Shown: positions 32,549 to 44,073 of the stretch, piece after piece
Numbering within the stretch: position 1 is the stretch's first letter
How the letters are laid out: each line of letters opens with the position of its first letter
NCBI GenBank assembly: GCA_963716745.1
Contig: OY970320.1
Span: 2,112,001-2,176,000, forward strand
From: an uncultured Gemmatimonadaceae bacterium
GTDB lineage: Bacteria; Gemmatimonadota; Gemmatimonadetes; Gemmatimonadales; Gemmatimonadaceae
Direction: 5' to 3'
DNA: 64,000 nucleotides
Program-made: the position numbers and the translations under genes
Notes under the pieces: generated by a model
The model's input: only the letters and a program-made list of their open reading frames with translations
What the model was told of the DNA's origin: nothing
Databases searched by the model: none

Positions 32549-33584
32549 CGCGTGCTCGGCACGATGATCTTCCCCGACGATGATCTCGCGCGCAGCGAAT
32601 CGAGTCTCGCCTTCACGCTGTCGGGGATCAGCGCCTTGTTGTGTTCGTCGTAGATCCAGCCGACGCCATTCTCGGCGAGGCCGTACTCGTAGATGCCGCC
32701 GTGGAAGGTACCGGCGCGCACGCGGCCGATCTGATCGTAGACCACCGCGTCCACGCCCTTCACCATCGACGTGAGGATGAACCCCGGCGCCTCGCTGTAC
32801 TGATCCGCGTCCACACCGATCGCGAGCTTGTGCATCTCGCGCGCCGCTTCGAACACGCCGAGCCCCGTGGAGCCGCTCGCGTGGAAGATGATGTTCACGC
32901 CCTGCTCGTACTGGCTGAGCGCGAGCTCCTTGCCTTTGCTCGGATTCCGGAACGCTTCCGGCGTGACGCCCGCGTACTGCACGAGCACCGTGCAGTCGGC
33001 GCAGACGTACTTCACGCCGGCGCGATAGCCGGCTTCGAACTTGTGGATGAGCGGGATGTCCATGCCGCCCACGAAGCCGACTTTCTTCGAGCCGCCCACC
33101 ATCGCCGCGAGCGCGCCCACGAGGAACGATCCCTGCTCCTCGCGGAATTTGAGCGCCGCGAGATTCGGCGGCGGCATGATGACTCTTGCCCGCGGAATCC
33201 ACCGAGAGCGCGTAATCCACGCCGGCGAAGCGCACGTCGGGATATTCCTTCGCGAGCGCATCGAGATCGTCGGTGAAGATGAAGCCGACGCCGATCACGA
33301 GACTCATCCTCTCCGCGGCGAGCAGCCGCAGCCCCGCCTCGCGGTCGGCGCCGTCGCCCGGCTCGATGAAGTGCACGCGCGCGCCGTAGTCGCGCATGGC
33401 CTTCTCGGCGCCCTTGTACGCGCCGTCGTTGAACGACTTGTCGCCGCGGCCGCCGACGTCGAACACCACGCCGATGTCGAGCGCGCCCTTCACCGGCGGC
33501 GCCACCGCGCCGGCGGGGTGGACTGAACGACAATGCCAGATGCGCGACCAGCAGCCCGCCGATCACGAGGAAGATCGTGCGCAT
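32545..33584 (-). CDS. BMP-family substrate-binding protein; frameshifted
   Basis: GGRGDKSFND, FREEQGSFLVG, AIGVDADQ, TSMVKGVD. Confidence 0.9.
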
Positions 33585-33590
33585 CGAGCT

Positions 33591-36482
33591 CTATTGTGTG
33601 CCGATCTTAATGCGTGGCGCGTTCTCGCCGCCGAGGCGCTTGAGTGCCTCGTGTGAAGCTTTGACGTACGGTTGGAAGGCGGAGTCGGCGAACTGCCACG
33701 CCTCGGCAATGTAGAGATAGCTATCCACGGCGACCGCGCGGTCACCCAGGCGCTCGGCCACACGGGCGCGCTCGAAGATGAGCAGTGTGACGAACGTGCT
33801 GTTGTCGACGCCGTTCTTGTCGAGCACGTCCATCGCCTCACGATCGCGGCCCTTCGCCTCCAACAATTGAGCCAGCGTCAGATCGGAGTACCCGCACGAA
33901 TGGCAGATCGAATCCGGAAGCGTCTGCAACAGCCGCAGCGCGTCGACACTGTCCCGGCGTGCGAGTTGCAGGTTGGCCAGGAACAGCTGCCGGTAGAAGG
34001 GCGCGACTTGGCGGAACTCCGGATCCTTCCCCGATCGCGCGTATTCCTCCAACTGTCTTGTCATCTCTAGCAGGAACGTCGTGTCGTTGCGGGAGGCGAA
34101 GAAATCGAGCCAGCAGGGGACGCAGTCATTCTTCGCGATGAGCCGCGCCCTGATCGCGGTGATCGACTCGGCGGGATAGCCGCCCACGAGTGCGTAAACC
34201 GGTCTCTGCCAGCCGTGCGCCCTCGACGTCGCGAACGCCTCGCGCGCACGCCCGCGAACGAGCAGCTGGCTAGCGAGGCGCCGCCGCTCCCGCAGCGTGT
34301 CCGACAGGACGATCCACCCGCTGCGGCGCGACGGGGAGAGGAGGCTCGCCAGCCGTACGCCGGTCTGCGCAGAATCGGGATACCCAAGCATGGCGGCCGC
34401 GCCAAAGGTGAGTACATCGTTGCTCGCCGTGTCGAGCATCCGCATCGTCTCCGCGCTCGTGGCGGTCTTCGGGTCGGTGAGCCGCGCGACGACGCGCATC
34501 GCATCGGCTTCGCGGTCCGTGGGATTCTGCGCGAGGTACGCCTTCAGGTAGCGCTGGCCCGCCTCGAGTCCGCCCAGCCGGAATGCGAGCGCGATCGCAT
34601 GAAGGTATACCGGCGACACCGACGAATCCGCCGCGATCGCCCGGTCGAAGCTCGCCATGATCCTCTCGGGCGGCAGCCCGACCACGGGCCCCCATGCCCA
34701 GTGGAATTGCGCGTCGGCCTTCGCGTACAGAATGCCCGGGTCGCCCGGATAACGCCGGGCGGCAAGGTCCAGCGTTGCGAAGAGCCGCTGGAGCGTGCGC
34801 AGGTCTTGCCTGTCCTGCGCGCCCCACGCGAGTGTCTCGATCGAATCGGCGGCGATGAGCAGACTGTCGCGCGTCGAGAGGCCATGATTGAAGCGCCCGG
34901 CGCGCCGCTGGTAGACGATCGTGACACTGTCCTCTCCGCCGCGCGCCCAGCCGTTCGCCATGGCGACTCCGCGACTGGCGAGCGCAAAGGTGCTGTCGAG
35001 CGCGAGCGCGCGGGCGTAGGCCGCGAGGGCCGAGTCCCACGACGACTGCCGGTAGAACTGCTCCCCCTGCAAGAACGCCTTGAGCGCCGGAAGGGACGTC
35101 GTGCCAATGGACGAGAGGCGCTCCGCGCCCGGGGTCGTGCGGTTGAGCGCGCGCACCAGGCCGAAGGTGATCGAATCGGCGAGGCGGTCCACGCGTGCGC
35201 GCTGGTCCTTCCTCTCGATGCCATCGCCGATCGTCCGCGAGGTCCGCACGTCCACCACGGACACCGACGTGCGCACCGTATCGCCGCCGGCCGTGAGTCC
35301 GCCGTAGACCACATATCGCGCGCCCGTCGCGTTGCCCAGCTCGATGGCGGAATTGCGATCCGCGTGTCCGCTCCATTTGCGGATCACGATGCTCGGCGCC
35401 ACGGTGCGCAGCTGCCCCGCGCCGTCGAGGTTGCGCGAGAGCACGTCCACCATGCCGTCCTTCCACAATTGCATGTCCGCGTCGATCGCGTCGAACGGCG
35501 CGATGGCGAGCAGGTTGTCGTCCAGCGCGGGGCGCGAGCGCCACGTGGCGAACAGCGCGCCGGCGGCGAGCACCAGCGCGGCGGCCGCGCCGATCCAAAT
35601 GCGCTTGCGGCCGCCGCGTAGCGGGCGGTAGCGCGGCGCCGAGCGCATCGCGGAATTCCTCGGCCGTGCGGTAACGCTCGTCGGGCGTCTTCGCGAGCGC
35701 CTTCTGCGATGGCGGTGCTCACGTTGGCGGGCACATCGGGGCGCGCCTTGTTCACCGGTGGCGGCGGCGTGGTGAGATGCGCCGCGAGCATCGCCTGCGC
35801 GCTCGGTGCGCTGAACGGGAGCTGCCCCGCGAGCATCTCGTAGCCGACGATCGCGAGCGCGTAGAGATCGGCGCGCGCATCAATGTGCCGCTCACCGCTC
35901 GCCTGTTCGGGCGCCATGTAAGTGGGCGTGCCCACCGACATGCCGGTGCCGGTCACACGCGGCATGCCCGCGCCGCTGCGGGCCTCGTCGATCGCGCGCG
36001 CGACGCCGAAATCGGCGAGCACCGCGTGGCCATCTTCGAGCAGGATGTTCTCCGGCTTGATGTCGCGGTGGACGATCCCTTTGCGATGCGCGTATCCGAG
36101 CGCATCCGCGACCTCGCGCAGGATCCGCGTCGCCTCGTCCACGGGCATCTTGGGATGTTGCTCGAGATGCTGCCGGAGTGACTCGCCCGTGACGAACGGC
36201 ATCACGTAGTACAGCAGGTCGTCCTTGCGAGCCCGCGGCGAGGATCGGCAGGATGTGCGGATGCTGCAGATGCGCCGCGAGCTCGATCTCCTTCTTGAAG
36301 CGCGCCGCGCTCACGTCGCTCGCCAGCTCGGGCGGGAGCACCTTGATGACGACGCGCCGATTGAGCGATGCCTCCAGGGCCACGAACAGCCGGCTCATCC
36401 CACCGCCCGGGAGTTCGCGCTCCAGGCGGTACGCATCGCCCATCGCGGTCTGCAGGCGGGTCGCTAGAAAGACATCATTCAA
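33591..36482 (-). CDS. Ser/Thr protein kinase with TM, TolB-N-like and TPR region; frameshifts about 36225 and 35700
   Basis: GGGMS, VIK, HRDIKPEN, DFG, YMAPE; LAIAPF after a TM; helical repeats. Confidence 0.88.
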
Positions 36483-36556
36483 CTTCGGGGGGCCTTGGGA
36501 AGGGACGCAGAAACTTACGATTCGCGCGACTAGCGGTCGAGGGGGGAATCCTAGAT

Positions 36557-36789
36557 GGCGTGAGTATCGAGTCGTGCGTGTTGGACCACTGAAGGCGTGA
36601 GTGCCGAGTCGTGCGTGTTGGACCACTGAAGGCGTGCGTACCGAGTCGTGCGTGTTGGACCACTAAAGGCGTGAGTATCGAGTCGTGAGGGTTCGCACGA
36701 CTCAGTACGCACGCAGTTGGTGGTCGAACACGCACGACTCGGTACTCACGAGGTTGGTGGTCGAACACGCACGACTCGGTACTCACGCC
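36557..36789. repeat. 37-bp tandem repeat array followed by inverted copies (one large hairpin)
   Basis: Unit GGCGTGAGTAYCGAGTCGTGCGTGTTGGACCACTRAA at 36557, 36594, 36631 and (partial) 36668; inverted units at 36717 and 36754. Confidence 0.93.
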
Positions 36790-36836
36790 GTTGACCCCGC
36801 ATTGACGCCCTCATTCGGATTTCATACCCTCTCCTC

Positions 36837-37535
36837 ATGCGCTACCGCGAACTCAGCAGTGCCGAGATCCTCTCTACCATCGAAACCCTCGAGCGCCGCG
36901 TGGGCGAACGGTTCCCAGATTCCGGACTCCGCAAACTCTGCCTCGAGCTGCAATCGGTCGCGCGCGATGCCCAGCGCCGCGTGGAGACGATCGCCGAACC
37001 CAACCGCCCGCTGCGCATCGGCGTCGGCCTGCTCATTACGGCGGTCCTTGCGATCGTCTTCTCGGCGCTGCTCTCGCTGCACCTGCCCGCCACGGTGAAC
37101 GATTTCGGCAGCTTCGCGCAGGCGCTCAATGCCGGCATCAACGATGTGATCTTCCTCGGCATCGCGATCTTCTTCCTCGTGAGCCTCGAGCGTCGCATCA
37201 AGCGGCGGCGCGCCCTTCGCGCCCTGCACGAGCTGCGCAGCCTCGCGCACATCGTGGACATGCATCAACTCACGAAAGGGCCCGAGCGCGCAAGCATCAC
37301 CGCGGCCGAGGGCGATACGCCCAGCTCGCCCAAGCGCACGCTCACGCCCTTCGAACTCAGCCGCTACCTCGACTATTGCAGCGAGCTGCTCTCCCTCGTG
37401 AGCAAGATCGCCGCGCTCTACGTGCAGCGCTTCGAAGACGAAGTCGTGCTGAGCGCCGTGAACGACCTCGAGTCGCTCACCAGCGGATTATCCAGGAAGA
37501 TCTGGCAGAAGATCATGATCCTGGATGTCACCTGA
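36837..37535 (+). CDS. Conserved hypothetical membrane protein
   Basis: 232-aa ORF, 2 TM segments, motif LHELRSLAHIVDMHQLTK. Confidence 0.75.
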   Translation: MRYRELSSAEILSTIETLERRVGERFPDSGLRKLCLELQSVARDAQRRVETIAEPNRPLRIGVGLLITAVLAIVFSALLSLHLPATVNDFGSFAQALNAGINDVIFLGIAIFFLVSLERRIKRRRALRALHELRSLAHIVDMHQLTKGPERASITAAEGDTPSSPKRTLTPFELSRYLDYCSELLSLVSKIAALYVQRFEDEVVLSAVNDLESLTSGLSRKIWQKIMILDVT

Positions 37536-37539
37536 AGCA

Positions 37540-37600
37540 GGTGTTAGGTACTCGGCGCTAGCGGACGCACGCTAGCGCCTAACGCCGAGCGCCTAACGCC
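37540..37600. repeat. Small heptamer palindromic element (GCCTAAC/GCCGAGC family)
   Basis: GGTGTTAGGTACTCGGCGCTAG...GCCTAACGCCGAGCGCCTAACGCC just after a stop codon. Confidence 0.65.
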
Positions 37601-37622
37601 CCTCGCTCGTATCTTCCACCCC

Positions 37623-38288
37623 ATGCCCCTCGCCCAATTCATCGCCGCCGCACTCGTCCTCGGCGCGCTGCACTCGTTCGGCCCCGACCATCTCGCGGCG
37701 GTCAGCGTGTTCGTGAGCCGGCGGCCGGACTGGCGCCACGCGGCCGGCCTCGGCGCGCGCTGGGGAATGGGCCACTCGGCCGCCATCCTGCTTCTGGGCG
37801 GCGCGGTGGTGCTGTCGGGCATTCGCCTGCCCGAGCGGTTCGGCGCGGCCGCCGAGCGCGTGATCGGCGTCGTGTTGATCGCGATCGGGATCTCGGCGAT
37901 GTGGCGCGCGAAGAAACTCCACGCGCATGTGCACACGCACGAAGGCAGCACCCACTGGCACGTGCACTCGCACGCGAGCAGCCCGTCGCATGACCACGGT
38001 CACCGCGCGCTCTTCGGGATCGGCATGCTGCATGGACTCGCGGGCACCGGCGTGCTCGTCGCTGCGCTTCCGCTGGCGATCGAAGGATCGAAGGCGAGCG
38101 GACTGCTCTATCTCGCCGCTTTCGGTGTTGGGACGATCTGCTCGATGGCGCTCTTCGCGGGCGCCGCGGGCCACCTGCTCACCGTCACGTCGGCCGGGCG
38201 CGCGTCCTTCCAGCGCAACGCGCTCGGACTGGCGGGCATCGCGAGCGCCGTCGTGGGCATCTGGTGGCTGGCTTCCGGTGGCAACTAA
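37623..38288 (+). CDS. Nickel/cobalt transporter-like membrane protein (UreH/HoxN-like)
   Basis: LHSFGPDHLAAV, WGMGHS, His-rich loop, GMLHGLAG. Confidence 0.82.
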   Translation: MPLAQFIAAALVLGALHSFGPDHLAAVSVFVSRRPDWRHAAGLGARWGMGHSAAILLLGGAVVLSGIRLPERFGAAAERVIGVVLIAIGISAMWRAKKLHAHVHTHEGSTHWHVHSHASSPSHDHGHRALFGIGMLHGLAGTGVLVAALPLAIEGSKASGLLYLAAFGVGTICSMALFAGAAGHLLTVTSAGRASFQRNALGLAGIASAVVGIWWLASGGN

Positions 38289-38406
38289 GCGCGAGCCCCC
38301 CGCGACGCCGCCGTGCGACATTTGCGGAGGGCCCACGTGGTGGCGCAATTGCAAGCTGATCTGCAAGCGTTGCGGCGCGATCCTGATGACGTGCGGCGAT
38401 CTCTAA
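38278..38406 (+). CDS. Small Cys-rich zinc-ribbon microprotein (42 aa)
   Basis: GTG start overlapping the upstream gene; CDICG...CKLICKRCG...C. Confidence 0.6.
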   Translation: MATKREPPATPPCDICGGPTWWRNCKLICKRCGAILMTCGDL

Positions 38407-38514
38407 CTACAGACTCAGACTGTAGACTGAGACGTTAGAAGCCCGACTCGCGCCTGGCCAGTACCATACGCTCAGGCTGCCAGTACGCGCCCCTTCAGCG
38501 GTACTAAGGCCTAC
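38405..38514. repeat. Composite of an AGACTGAGACGTT-family arm and a half copy of the 6820-6978 element
   Basis: AACTACAGACTCAGACTGTAGACTGAGACGTTAG, then GTACCATACGCTCAG...TTCAGCGGTACTAAGGCCTAC. Confidence 0.75.
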
Positions 38515-38522
38515 TCCCGCGT

Positions 38523-39606
38523 CTAGTACGTCGACCAGTCGTCGAGCCACACATTACTCAGCGGCACCAACCCTCCGAACTTCCCGAGCGCCTTCGACAC
38601 CGAGCACGAGTTGTACTGGAAGGTCTTGTTGCCGTTTCCGACGCTCCCCACGCCGACGGAGTCCACGTTGGCGCCGCTGCCAAGCTTGTCATCCAACCCG
38701 GTCACGACGGTGCCGGTGACCGTATTGTTGCCGTTCGAGACCAGGTTGTTCCCCACCAGAATGATGCCGTCCCAGTTGACGTTGCCGTTCAGCGTCAGCT
38801 TGCCGGTCACGATCAACGTGCCGTGGCCGCTGCCCGGCAGCGCCAGATCGCCGTTCACGAAGATCACCGGGTAGGCATTCGGGTCGCTGAAGCTGGGCCA
38901 CGCCTGCGAGGGGTACGACACATCCGGAGTGATCGCCGTACCCGCTCGAGATGCCGTTCCAGTCGATCTTCGTCGCGGCCTCGGCCTGCGACTGCGTGCC
39001 AAGGCTCAGGATCGGCGGACTGCCGGTCGGCACCGACGCGCCGCCGTTCTGCGTGTAGCCGGGGTTGGTCGGGTACCGCGACGCCAGCGACGGACGGCGC
39101 CGCCGCACGCGTCCACGCCGCTCAGCACGCCCGAGCCGCCGTTCTTGTGCAGGCCGCTCAGACTGGTCCACGCCGCACCCGTGCCGATCGTCGCGCTCTT
39201 CCATAGCGCGTACTCGGCAACGCTGCCGCTCGGCCGACACCATGCCGGACACGAACTTCTGCGTGCGCACGCCGTGCGACCGGATGACGTAGATGGGCGA
39301 CGAGTTGCCCACCGCCGGGCGCACCTGCGTGAGCACCACGTCCGCGTAGCCATGCGCGAACACGACGCGCGTCGACTCGCTCGCCGCCGGCACGCCCGAG
39401 AACCCGTAAGTAGTGCGGCCCGTGAGGAATCGCTCGAGCCCGCTCTCGGCGATCGCCGTCGCATCCGTCGCCGAACGCGAGTCGTCCGTCACCTTGCGCT
39501 CCGTGGAGATGAGCGTGAATGCGCCGGTGAGCATGACGAGCAACACGATGCTGACGAGCATCGCCATCGGGATCGTGAATCCGGGTCGCTGCTGGAGACG
39601 CGGCAT
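38523..39606 (-). CDS. PilX-like type IV pilus assembly protein; frameshifted
   Basis: RPG|FTIPMAMLV, AIAESGLE; Gly/Asn-rich C-terminus in ORF 38523..39002. Confidence 0.75.
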
Positions 39607-39620
39607 GGAGTACTCTGGGG

Positions 39621-40467
39621 TTAGTTGAGGCGGTTGCGGAAGAAGACTGCGGTGTTGACCGTGGTCGTGATCGGACCGCTCGACCCGACCGGCGTATTGA
39701 TGCTGCGCGCGGCGAGCACGAACTCGAACCCGCGAATGTTGGAAAGAGGCGACGGCACGGCCACCTGGGACGTGTCGCGATTCAGCACGAAGAACTTGAA
39801 GGCGGCGCTGCTCGTGAACGGGCTCACCAATTCGTCGGTGGCGCCCGTGCTCACGACTGTGCGCCAGAGGCCGATCGCGCCCGGCACGGCCGTGGACGCC
39901 TTGAACTCGTACGTGAGCTGCTCCTCGAAGAACATGAAGGAACCGACTACCGCGCCCGCCGGCATCGCCGGCGTGACCGCGATCACCTTGCCCTTCGTCA
40001 TCGTGGTGATGCTGTTGGTCGTGCACACCGACGCAGTGCCGCTGGCCACAGTGACGCCGGTCTCTTGGTATGTGTACACGCCGAGCGTATCGCGCCACGC
40101 GTAGCCCTTGAGGCCCGCGTTGGCCCACTCAGTAGAGTCCACTGGGGCGACACTCACCGTAGTCACGCCACCACTCGTGCCGCATACCACGCCCACCGCG
40201 TACGGCGACCGTACGGTCAGCTGCGGTGGAAGAGGCCGAGACCACACCGTTCGTGGCTTCCACCATGCGCAGATCGGAGTCGATCATGTTCATCGCGCTG
40301 CGCGTCACGCTGCGCGTGCCGCGTTGCGCGGCCGCCTTCTGGAAGAGATGCGCCTGCGTCACCAGGAGCCGTGTCATCGCGGCGCCAAGGATGGCGATGA
40401 TGATGACCGCGATGATCATCTCGGCCATTGTGAATCCGCGGCGCGCGGCCAGGCGCATGGTCTTCAT
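39621..40467 (-). CDS. PilW-like minor pilin; frameshift about 40230
   Basis: RRG|FTMAEMIIAVII; C-terminal VFFRN. Confidence 0.8.
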
Positions 40468-40889
40468 TGTGTGTTGAACGGGTTGACGCCCGACGCCGAC
40501 GTGCGCTGGACGATCACCGTGTCGGGACGCGCCGTCGTGCCCGTGAGCGTCCGGATGATCGTCACCTGCTTCACGCCGGAACTCGGCGTCGTGACCGTCG
40601 CGCACGCCTTGTTCGGCGTGGGTCCGGTGGTCACCGTCACGCATCCGGCGTGCGCGTCGAGCGAGTCGTAGTTGAGCGCCACGAAGCGATTCACCTGACG
40701 CAGCATGGTCGCGTTCCCGTACGAGAGGCGCGCGACATCCAGCGTGCGGCGCATCACGTTGTAATCGAGGCGCGCGACCGAGATGATCGCGATGGAGATG
40801 AGCGTCATCCCGACGAGCGTCTCGACGAGCGAGAACCCGCGGCGGTTTGGCCGCCGCGCGGAGCGGGTACCTGCGCGGAGTGTCATCAT
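40464..40889 (-). CDS. PilV-like minor pilin
   Basis: RRG|FSLVETLVGM. Confidence 0.8.
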   Translation of the reverse strand: MMTLRAGTRSARRPNRRGFSLVETLVGMTLISIAIISVARLDYNVMRRTLDVARLSYGNATMLRQVNRFVALNYDSLDAHAGCVTVTTGPTPNKACATVTTPSSGVKQVTIIRTLTGTTARPDTVIVQRTSASGVNPFNTQ

Positions 40890-41329
40890 GGGACCAGCCG
40901 CACCTGGGCGGCCCGGCTCATTGTGATCTGGCGGTTGTAACCGCCCAGCCCGAACGTGATCGTCACGGCCTGCGAGACCGTGCCATTCGGGAAAAGGTCG
41001 AATTGGTTTACGGAGCCGCTGAGCGTCGTGAGGTGGTATTCCGACGTCAGTCCGAAGAGCTTCTTGGAGAGCTGCGTGCCGGCGGCGCGGTCGGTGACCG
41101 TGAGCGTGAACAGCGTCGGGTCGATCGTCACCCGCACCGGCTTGCGCTCCCGGTCGGCGAGCGAGGATGCCATCTCCAGGTCGCCCGAGATCACGGATGA
41201 GGCGGCCATGACGCGCGAGTGATTCACCTGCCGCGTGAATTGCGGGAAAGCCATCAGGCCAGCGATCGCCGAAATGACGATCACTACCATTAGCTCTATC
41301 AGTGTGAATCCCGCTCGGGTCGTGCGCAT
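40886..41329 (-). CDS. FimT/GspH-like minor pilin
   Basis: RAG|FTLIELMVVIVI; FPNGT motif. Confidence 0.85.
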   Translation of the reverse strand: MRTTRAGFTLIELMVVIVISAIAGLMAFPQFTRQVNHSRVMAASSVISGDLEMASSLADRERKPVRVTIDPTLFTLTVTDRAAGTQLSKKLFGLTSEYHLTTLSGSVNQFDLFPNGTVSQAVTITFGLGGYNRQITMSRAAQVRLVP

Positions 41330-41351
41330 AAAAAAATCCCTCCGGATCTCC

Positions 41352-41442
41352 GTTCGGTGGCTCGACCGGCCTGGCGACCTTTCGATCGCGTTAGCCTCGT
41401 AGCTTTGCGTCCCCGACTTTCGGCGGGTTTGCCTTTTTCCCG
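41352..41442 (-). ncRNA. c-di-GMP-I (GEMM) riboswitch
   Basis: Minus strand AAGGCAAACCCGCCGAAAGTCGGGGACGCAAAGCTACGAGGCTAA...GAGCCACCGAA matches the GGCAAA / GAAA loop / GGGACGCAAAGC / CUAA / RCCGAA pattern. Confidence 0.9.
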
Positions 41443-41583
41443 GGCCCAGAGGGCCTTCGTCTATTCTGCATCTATAACTACGGACACAATCTCTGCACCT
41501 ATGACGAGCCTAAGCAAGTGCGGCAACGCCGAGCGCGTGATAGTAACGGCCGCAGGAATGACGCGCTCGTTTCCGGACCTGGA

Positions 41584-43610
41584 TCACGATCCGCCGGGGC
41601 CCTTTCCCGAGCCCGCCTCCAGCTGCTGAGCGAGCTCCCTGGCGGCCGTGACCGGCATGTCGCACGAATAATTCCGGCACACGTAGGCCGTGGCGACGCC
41701 GCCGAGCATTAGGCGGTCCTTAAGGAGCGCCGTTACCGGCGGATCACTCGGCGCTGCGCACGCCAGTACGAGTGACGGCAGGTAGTGTTGGGATACCTGT
41801 TCGAGCAGCGCGCGCGTGTCCGCCGCATTCGGGTCCCCCACGATCGCGATCTCGAGCGCGCCGTTGAGTGAAAGCTCGGCCGCGCCCAACAGGTGCCCGA
41901 ACGCCGGCCCGTATCGCGCCATCGGCTCGGCCAGCGTGTCGAGCACCCACGCCGCGCGGCGCCGGTAGTCGCGGCGGTCGTCCACTTCCGCGATCCTGAG
42001 GAGCAGCTCGACGGCGAGCGACGTGCCCGACGGCACCGCGTTGTCGGTCACCTCGCGTGGGCGTGTGATCAGACGTTTCGGCATCGCGCGCGGTGTCGAA
42101 GAACGCTCCCGCCGCCTCGTCCCAGAACCACTCGTTCATCGACTCTGCGATGTCCCGCGCGCGCGTGAGCCAGACGGGATCGAACGTGAGTTCGTACAAG
42201 GCGAGCGCGGCGAGGCCCACCGCCGCGTAGTCCTCCAGGAAGCCGCCGATCGCGGTGGTGCCGTCAGTACGTACGCGCATCACGCGGTGGTCTCGCACCA
42301 TCTCCCTGAACAGGAATTCCCCGTTCTGCACGGCCAGCGCGCGGTAGTCCGCGCGCCCGAAGATCCGCGCGCAGTCGGCGACGGCGCGCAACATGAGGCC
42401 GTTCCACGCGGCGAGTACCTTTTCGTCACGGCCGGGGCGCACGCGGTTCGCACGCGCGGCGAGCAGCGCGGCGCGGGCACGGACCACGGTCGCATTCGCC
42501 GCGGGCTGGCCGGCCACGAACAGGATGTTCTCGCCCTCGAAATTCCCGCCGGACGTGACTCCGAAGTGCGCTTTCATCGCCAGCGCATCGGCGCCGAGTG
42601 CCGCGTCGATCTCGCGCTCGCTCCACACGTAGAACTTGCCTTCGTGTCCTTCGCTGTCGGCGTCGAGGCTCGAGTAGAACCCGCCTTCGGATGACAGCAT
42701 CTCGCGGCGCACCCACTCGATGGTCTCCTGGGCCGCGGCGAGACATTCGGCGTCGCCCGTGGCCTGCCAGAGATGCGCGCCGAGGCGCGCGTAGAGCGCG
42801 TTGTCGTACAGCATCTTCTCGAAGTGCGGCACCAGCCAGATCGCATCGACCGTGTAGCGGTGGATGCCGCCGCCGAGCTGGTCCGTGATGCCGCCGCGCG
42901 CCATGGCGAGAAACGACTGGCGCGCGATCTCGAGCGCGTGCGCATCGCCGGTTCGCCGCCAGCGGCGCAGCGCGGCGTCGAGCGACATCGTTTGCGGGAA
43001 TTTCGGCGCGCCTTCGAAGCCGCCGTGTTTCGCATCGTAACGCTCGGCGATCGAGGTCCACGCGCGGTCGAGCGTCGCGGCGGTGAGCGGGCCGGTGGAC
43101 TGCGCGGGATCGGCGGCGTGGGTGTAGAGATCGCGCACGCGCTGCGTGGTGGCGTCCACGTCGCCGCGTCGTTCGCGGTAGGCGTCGGACACCGACTTCA
43201 GCACGCGCGTGAAGCTCGGCATGCCGTGGCGGTCCTCAGGCGGATAGTACGTGCCGCCGAAGAAGGGCACGCCATCCGGCGTGAGGAACACCGTCATCGG
43301 CCAGCCACCGTGGCCGGTCATGGCTTGGACAGCGGTCATGTAGATCGCGTCAAGATCAGGGCGCTCTTCGCGGTCCACTTTGATGTTGACGAATCGTTCG
43401 TTCATGAGCGCGGCGGTCGCTTCGTTCTCGAAGGACTCGTGCGCCATGACGTGGCACCAGTGGCACGCTGCAATAGCCAATACTCAAGAGTATCGGCTTG
43501 TCGGATTCCTTCGCGCGTGCCAAGGCCTCCGCGCTCCATTCGTTCCAATGGACCGGGTTCCCGGCGTGTTGGCGGAGATAGGGGCTGCTACTCTGCCCAA
43601 GCTTGTTCAC
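41584..43610 (-). CDS. Thioredoxin-domain protein YyaL/SSP411; two frameshifts
   Basis: [47 protein letters not shown]. Confidence 0.92.
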
Positions 43611-43678
43611 GTTCGGGATTCGGGGCTCGGGACTCGCTGGGGAGTAGTGAGTGCGCTCATCAATCGGTAAGTTGCTCC

Positions 43679-44056
43679 ATGCTCTTCGGGATCGCAGTGG
43701 GCGGCGCGGCGGGGACGCTGGCGCGCTGGTGGTTGGGCGGGCTCGCGCAGCGATACAGCATCGCGTTCCCCTATGGGACGCTCACGATCAATGTAACCGG
43801 GTCGCTGCTGCTGGGGTTCCTCGTGCGCTACATGCTCGCGACGCCGGCGAGTCCCGAGTTGCGCGCCGCGCTCACGATCGGATTCTGCGGCGGGTACACC
43901 ACCTTCTCGACATTCAGCTATGAGGCGGCGGCGCTGCTCGAGAGCGGCAGCTATGCGCGCGCCTTCACGTACATGGCGGCGAGCGTTCTCCTTTCGCTGG
44001 CCGCGACATTCGCGGGGTTCGCGATCGCGCGCGCGGTGCTCGCGCCGCGCGGCTGA
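43679..44056 (+). CDS. crcB: Fluoride efflux channel CrcB/FluC
   Basis: [31 protein letters not shown]. Confidence 0.95.
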   Translation: MLFGIAVGGAAGTLARWWLGGLAQRYSIAFPYGTLTINVTGSLLLGFLVRYMLATPASPELRAALTIGFCGGYTTFSTFSYEAAALLESGSYARAFTYMAASVLLSLAATFAGFAIARAVLAPRG

Positions 44057-44073
44057 CCCCAGGGAGACGACCC

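Noticed and set aside
31016..33505. BMP-ATPase fusion (829 aa)
   Set aside because: Artefact of frameshifts within the BMP gene; the ATPase starts at 32548.
36557..36789. CRISPR array (37-bp repeats)
   Set aside because: Units are contiguous with no unique spacers, half are inverted, and no cas genes are present.
37540..37600. Integron attC site
   Set aside because: GTTAGGT precedes GCCTAAC, the reverse of attC order; no integrase or cassette array is in the window.
43612..43678. Fluoride riboswitch before crcB
   Set aside because: No GGCGAUG...CUGAUG pattern; the gap is short and holds CGGGACT-type heptamers.
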